Source of the DNA: an uncultured PS1 clade bacterium
Lineage (GTDB): Bacteria > Pseudomonadota > Gammaproteobacteria > PS1 > Pseudothioglobaceae
Assembly (NCBI GenBank): GCA_938086805.1
Contig: CALKDH010000023.1
Span: 1 to 61,933 of the forward strand
Direction: 5' to 3'
Length of the DNA stretch: 61,933 nucleotides
The notes below the pieces were generated by a model. That model did not search any database. It saw nothing but the letters and a program-made list of their open reading frames with translations, and was not told where the DNA came from. Numbering within the stretch: the stretch's first letter is position 1; every line of letters begins with the position of its first letter. This document shows positions 58,566 through 61,933 of this stretch, piece by piece. The position numbers were made by a program, and so were the translations under genes.

Positions 58566-60434
58566 CTATTCTAAAAAGCTTTGAAGTTTATGGGCACGAG
58601 AAGGGTGTCGTAATTTACGAAGCGCTTTTGCTTCAATTTGTCGAATGCGTTCTCGAGTGACGTCAAACTGTCTTCCTACTTCTTCAAGCGTATGGTCAGT
58701 ACTCATATCAATACCAAATCTCATTTTTAGTACTTTCGCTTCTCTCGGTGATAAATTTGCAAGAAGGTCGCCCGTAGTTTCTTTCAAACTTTCTCTTGTG
58801 GTTACTTCAACTGGTGAAGACAATTTTTCATCTTCAATGAAATCACCTATAGTGGAATCTTCATCATCTCCAACAGGATTCTCCATTGAAAGTGGCTCTT
58901 TAGCAATTTTAAGAATTTTATTAATTTTATATTCTGGTAATTCCATTTCTACAGAGAGCTCTTCAGGAGTGGCTTCTCTTCCAAACCTTTGAAGAAGTTG
59001 GCGCCTAACTCGGTTAAGTTTGTTAATTGTTTCAATCATGTGAACAGGTATTCTGATGGTGCGTGCTTGGTCTGCAATTGATCTTGTTATTGCCTGACGA
59101 ATCCACCAGGTTGCATAGGTTGAAAATTTATAACCCCGACGATACTCAAATTTATCAACTGCCTTCATGAGTCCAACGTTACCCTCTTGAATTAAGTCTA
59201 AGAATTGTAAGCCACGATTTGCATATTTTTTTGCAATAGATATCACAAGTCTTAAATTAGCTTCAATCATTTGACTCTTTGCATTTTTAGCCTTTCTGTC
59301 ACCTTGCCTAAGTTTTTTATTAAGCTCTTTAAGTTCTCCAATTGTAATTTGCATCGCCTCTTGATTTTCCAAGAGACTTTTTTGGGAGTAGTAGATTTCA
59401 TCTTTGCAATTCTCTAAAGATTTTAGAGTTGTTTTATCAATTTCTTTGCTTTTGAGCCAATCAAAGTTAGTTTCATTGCCTGAGAATAGCTTATAAAAAA
59501 GTTCTGATGTCATTCCAGAATCAAGGCAAGCCTGACGAATTAAATTTTCTTCTTTTTTGACAATAGAAACTCTACTAGAAACTACATCCATCATTGTGCT
59601 AACAAGTTTTGGAGCAAGTCTCAGTTCAGATATGCAGCTTGAAAATTTTTGCCTTGCTTTAACGGTTTTTGAGTCAAGATAGCCATTTTTTTTGCAAGAA
59701 TTAACGTAGCTTTTGTAGGACTTTTGGATTTTATCAAAGCGTTCGTATACTTCGCCTTCGTCTGGCCCAGTATATTCTAATTCATCAAACTCATCCTCAT
59801 CATCTAACTCTTCATCCTCATCATCTAACTCCATAGCTTCTAGTTTTGCATGTTTTTCATCTAGTAAAGCTTGTTTTTCAACAATTAGAGCTTGTTTTTC
59901 TTCAAATTCTTCCGCATCACCTTGATAGCCGATTACGACATCAGTCATTTTACATTTGCCTTCCTCAAGTCTGGTATAGGCCTTAAAGAAGTGGTCTGCA
60001 ATCTCAGGATAGAGAGAAATAGCCTGCATAATTTGGTAGACACCAGCTTCAATTTCCTTAGCAATTCTGACCTCATCACTTTGTTCTAAGAGTTCAACAA
60101 CACCCATTTCACGCATATACATTCTCACAGGATCAGTTGTTCTTCCGAACTCTGAGTCAAGTGCTGCAAGAGCTGCAACAGCTACTTCTGCTGAATTTGC
60201 CTCTGCTTTACCACCTTGATGCATAACCAAAGTGTCTGCATCAGGTGCCTCATCGGCAACAACAATATCTAATTCTTCTAAGATAGTAACAATTGGCTCT
60301 ACCTGTTCTGGAGTCAATAAGTCTTCAGGCAGGAGGTCATTAATTTCTGAATAGGTTAAATAGCCTTGCTCCTTTCCAATAACGATAAGACTGTTAAGTG
60401 CATTTTTTTTATGAGTTTCGCTAGTTGTTTTCAT
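58566..60434 (-). CDS. rpoD: RNA polymerase sigma factor RpoD
   Basis: [56 protein letters not shown]. Confidence 0.97.
   Translation of the reverse strand: MKTTSETHKKNALNSLIVIGKEQGYLTYSEINDLLPEDLLTPEQVEPIVTILEELDIVVADEAPDADTLVMHQGGKAEANSAEVAVAALAALDSEFGRTTDPVRMYMREMGVVELLEQSDEVRIAKEIEAGVYQIMQAISLYPEIADHFFKAYTRLEEGKCKMTDVVIGYQGDAEEFEEKQALIVEKQALLDEKHAKLEAMELDDEDEELDDEDEFDELEYTGPDEGEVYERFDKIQKSYKSYVNSCKKNGYLDSKTVKARQKFSSCISELRLAPKLVSTMMDVVSSRVSIVKKEENLIRQACLDSGMTSELFYKLFSGNETNFDWLKSKEIDKTTLKSLENCKDEIYYSQKSLLENQEAMQITIGELKELNKKLRQGDRKAKNAKSQMIEANLRLVISIAKKYANRGLQFLDLIQEGNVGLMKAVDKFEYRRGYKFSTYATWWIRQAITRSIADQARTIRIPVHMIETINKLNRVRRQLLQRFGREATPEELSVEMELPEYKINKILKIAKEPLSMENPVGDDEDSTIGDFIEDEKLSSPVEVTTRESLKETTGDLLANLSPREAKVLKMRFGIDMSTDHTLEEVGRQFDVTRERIRQIEAKALRKLRHPSRAHKLQSFLE
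59791..59900. repeat. Two in-frame 21-nt-period tandem duplications inside rpoD
   Basis: TCATCCTCATCATCTAACTC at 59791-59810 and 59812-59831; AGCTTGTTTTTC at 59868-59879 and 59889-59900. Confidence 0.8.
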
Positions 60435-60521
60435 AATGTTGTTTTTTAAAAACAGAGGTCGAATTATACCTAATTCAAGAAATTTTTTTAATCAAAAATT
60501 GACTGCTGCAATAGCGCTGAT

Positions 60522-61484
60522 CTAGCTTGATTCAGCAAAAATTTTACTTATGGATTGTTCATCACTGATTCTGCGAATAACGTCAGCTAGGGTCGTAGCG
60601 ATGGATAACTGTCTAATTTTATTGCATTTGTTTGCATTCCCATTTAAAGGGATAGTATTTGTAAGGACTAACTCATCAAGTTTTGAGTTAGAAATATTTT
60701 CTATAGCGCCACCTGACAGCACAGCATGAGTTGCATATGCAACAACTTTTTTAGCGCCTTTTTCTTTTAAAATTTCAGCTGCTTGACATAGTGTTCCCGC
60801 AGTATCAACCATATCATCAACCATGACACATGTTCTTCCTGACACGTCACCAATTACATTCATTACTTTTACTAAATTAGGTTCTGGTCGTCTTTTATCA
60901 ATAATTGCAAGGTCTGCATCATTAATCCTTTTTGCTGCCGCTCTGGCTCTGGCAACTCCTCCAACATCTGGCGATACAACTACAATATCATTATAGTTTT
61001 GATCCAAAATGTCTTGAACTAGGACCGGCTGTGCATAAATGTTATCAATTGGAATATTAAAGAAACCCTGGATTTGGTCAGCATGAAGATCCATTGTGAG
61101 TATTCTATTAACGCCTGAGGTTTCTATCATTTGTGCCACTAGCTTTGCTGTAATTGGAACTCGAGTTAGTCGAGATCGTCTATCTTGTCTTGAATAACCA
61201 AGGTATGGCACAACAGCGGTTATCCTTCCAGCAGATGATCTTTTGAGGGCATCAACCATGATAAGTAATTCCATTAACGTTTCTGCTGATGAAGGGCCGC
61301 ATGTCGGCTGAATAACAAAAACATCACAACCTCGCACATTGTCAAGGATTTCTACATGAGATTCTCCGTCACTAAACTGGCCAACAAAAGCCTTGCTTTG
61401 GCTTATGTTCAGGTTTTCAATAATTTCAGAAGAAAGATTAGGATTTGCGTTACCGCTAAAGATTTTTATTCTATCTAAAGACAT
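60522..61484 (-). CDS. prs: Ribose-phosphate pyrophosphokinase
   Basis: [37 protein letters not shown]. Confidence 0.96.
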   Translation of the reverse strand: MSLDRIKIFSGNANPNLSSEIIENLNISQSKAFVGQFSDGESHVEILDNVRGCDVFVIQPTCGPSSAETLMELLIMVDALKRSSAGRITAVVPYLGYSRQDRRSRLTRVPITAKLVAQMIETSGVNRILTMDLHADQIQGFFNIPIDNIYAQPVLVQDILDQNYNDIVVVSPDVGGVARARAAAKRINDADLAIIDKRRPEPNLVKVMNVIGDVSGRTCVMVDDMVDTAGTLCQAAEILKEKGAKKVVAYATHAVLSGGAIENISNSKLDELVLTNTIPLNGNANKCNKIRQLSIATTLADVIRRISDEQSISKIFAESS

Positions 61485-61577
61485 CTATTTAGATTCTTAT
61501 GGTTGATTGCATAATTATACAAAGAAATCATGCGATTGAATCAAGTAGTTTAGCTAGTAAGTTTTATTTTATTTTAT

Positions 61578-61933
61578 TTAAATAAGTTCATCGATGAATG
61601 GCTTTATTTCCTCAGGCTCCACAGTTGAGCTAAAACGCTTATAAGGACTTCCATTACGATCAACTAGAAACTTAGTAAAGTTCCATTTAACGCTATTATT
61701 TAACTTACCTTTTAACTCTGATTTTAGATATTTGAAGACTGGATGAGCGTTTTCACCATTTACCTCAACTTTTTCAGATAACTGAAAAGTAACACCATAG
61801 TTAAGGTCACAAAAACTTTCTATCTCTTCCGCTGTTCCTGGCTCTTGCTTCCCAAATTGATTGCAAGGGAAGCCAATAATTTCTAAACCCTCGTCTTTAT
61901 ATTCTTGGTAAAGTTTTTCCAAGCCTTTGTAGT
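61578..61933 (-). CDS. Glutathione peroxidase (5' end outside window)
   Basis: GFPCNQFG.QEPG, KWNFTKFLV; frame stays open to the window edge (YKGLEKLY...). Confidence 0.9.
   Translation of the reverse strand, partial: YKGLEKLYQEYKDEGLEIIGFPCNQFGKQEPGTAEEIESFCDLNYGVTFQLSEKVEVNGENAHPVFKYLKSELKGKLNNSVKWNFTKFLVDRNGSPYKRFSSTVEPEEIKPFIDELI

Noticed and set aside
1469-60089. Numerous 60-175 aa antisense or alternate-frame ORFs in the track
   Set aside because: They lie within well-supported genes and show no motifs; they are shadow ORFs.
1-61933. CRISPR arrays, IS elements, prophage and defence systems
   Set aside because: No spaced direct repeats, transposase, integrase, phage or nuclease genes were recognised.

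Overview
An AT-rich, very compact bacterial chromosome segment with many touching or overlapping genes. Gene content and order suggest a streamlined marine gammaproteobacterium, plausibly SUP05/Thioglobaceae; this is inference. The left ~40 kb is a large accessory cluster for catabolism of methylated amines, betaines and amino-acid derivatives. It contains a PuuB/PuuC-like oxidase and aldehyde dehydrogenase, a DapA-like enzyme, two SDRs, a non-pyrrolysine MttB methyltransferase, an unexplained ALDH-dipeptidase-580 aa unknown-DUF3726-like operon and sdaA. Next come a cassette of enolase-family enzyme, class II aldolase, BesD-like Fe/2OG hydroxylase and reductase, then a decayed M24/DddP-like remnant and a truncated CysN-CysC fusion. 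The cluster continues with ghrA, gcvTHP, cysQ, creatinase, DUF1989, oxoprolinase/hydantoinase, a GbcB-like reductase, sarcosine oxidase soxBDAG and a TmpB-like phosphonate-cleaving HD oxygenase. The right ~22 kb is housekeeping: dsbB, cfa, thiE, an elongated lptC, lptA, adk, PPi-type pfk, yrfG, cysS, rubredoxin, leuB, alkA-like, nudE, aat, an LptM-like lipoprotein, lysA, yhbY, lpxB, nadC, a second cysQ, pepE, tRNA-Ile(CAT), rpoD, prs and a glutathione peroxidase. I saw no mobile element, CRISPR array or rRNA. All family assignments come from reading motifs by eye; no database search was run.
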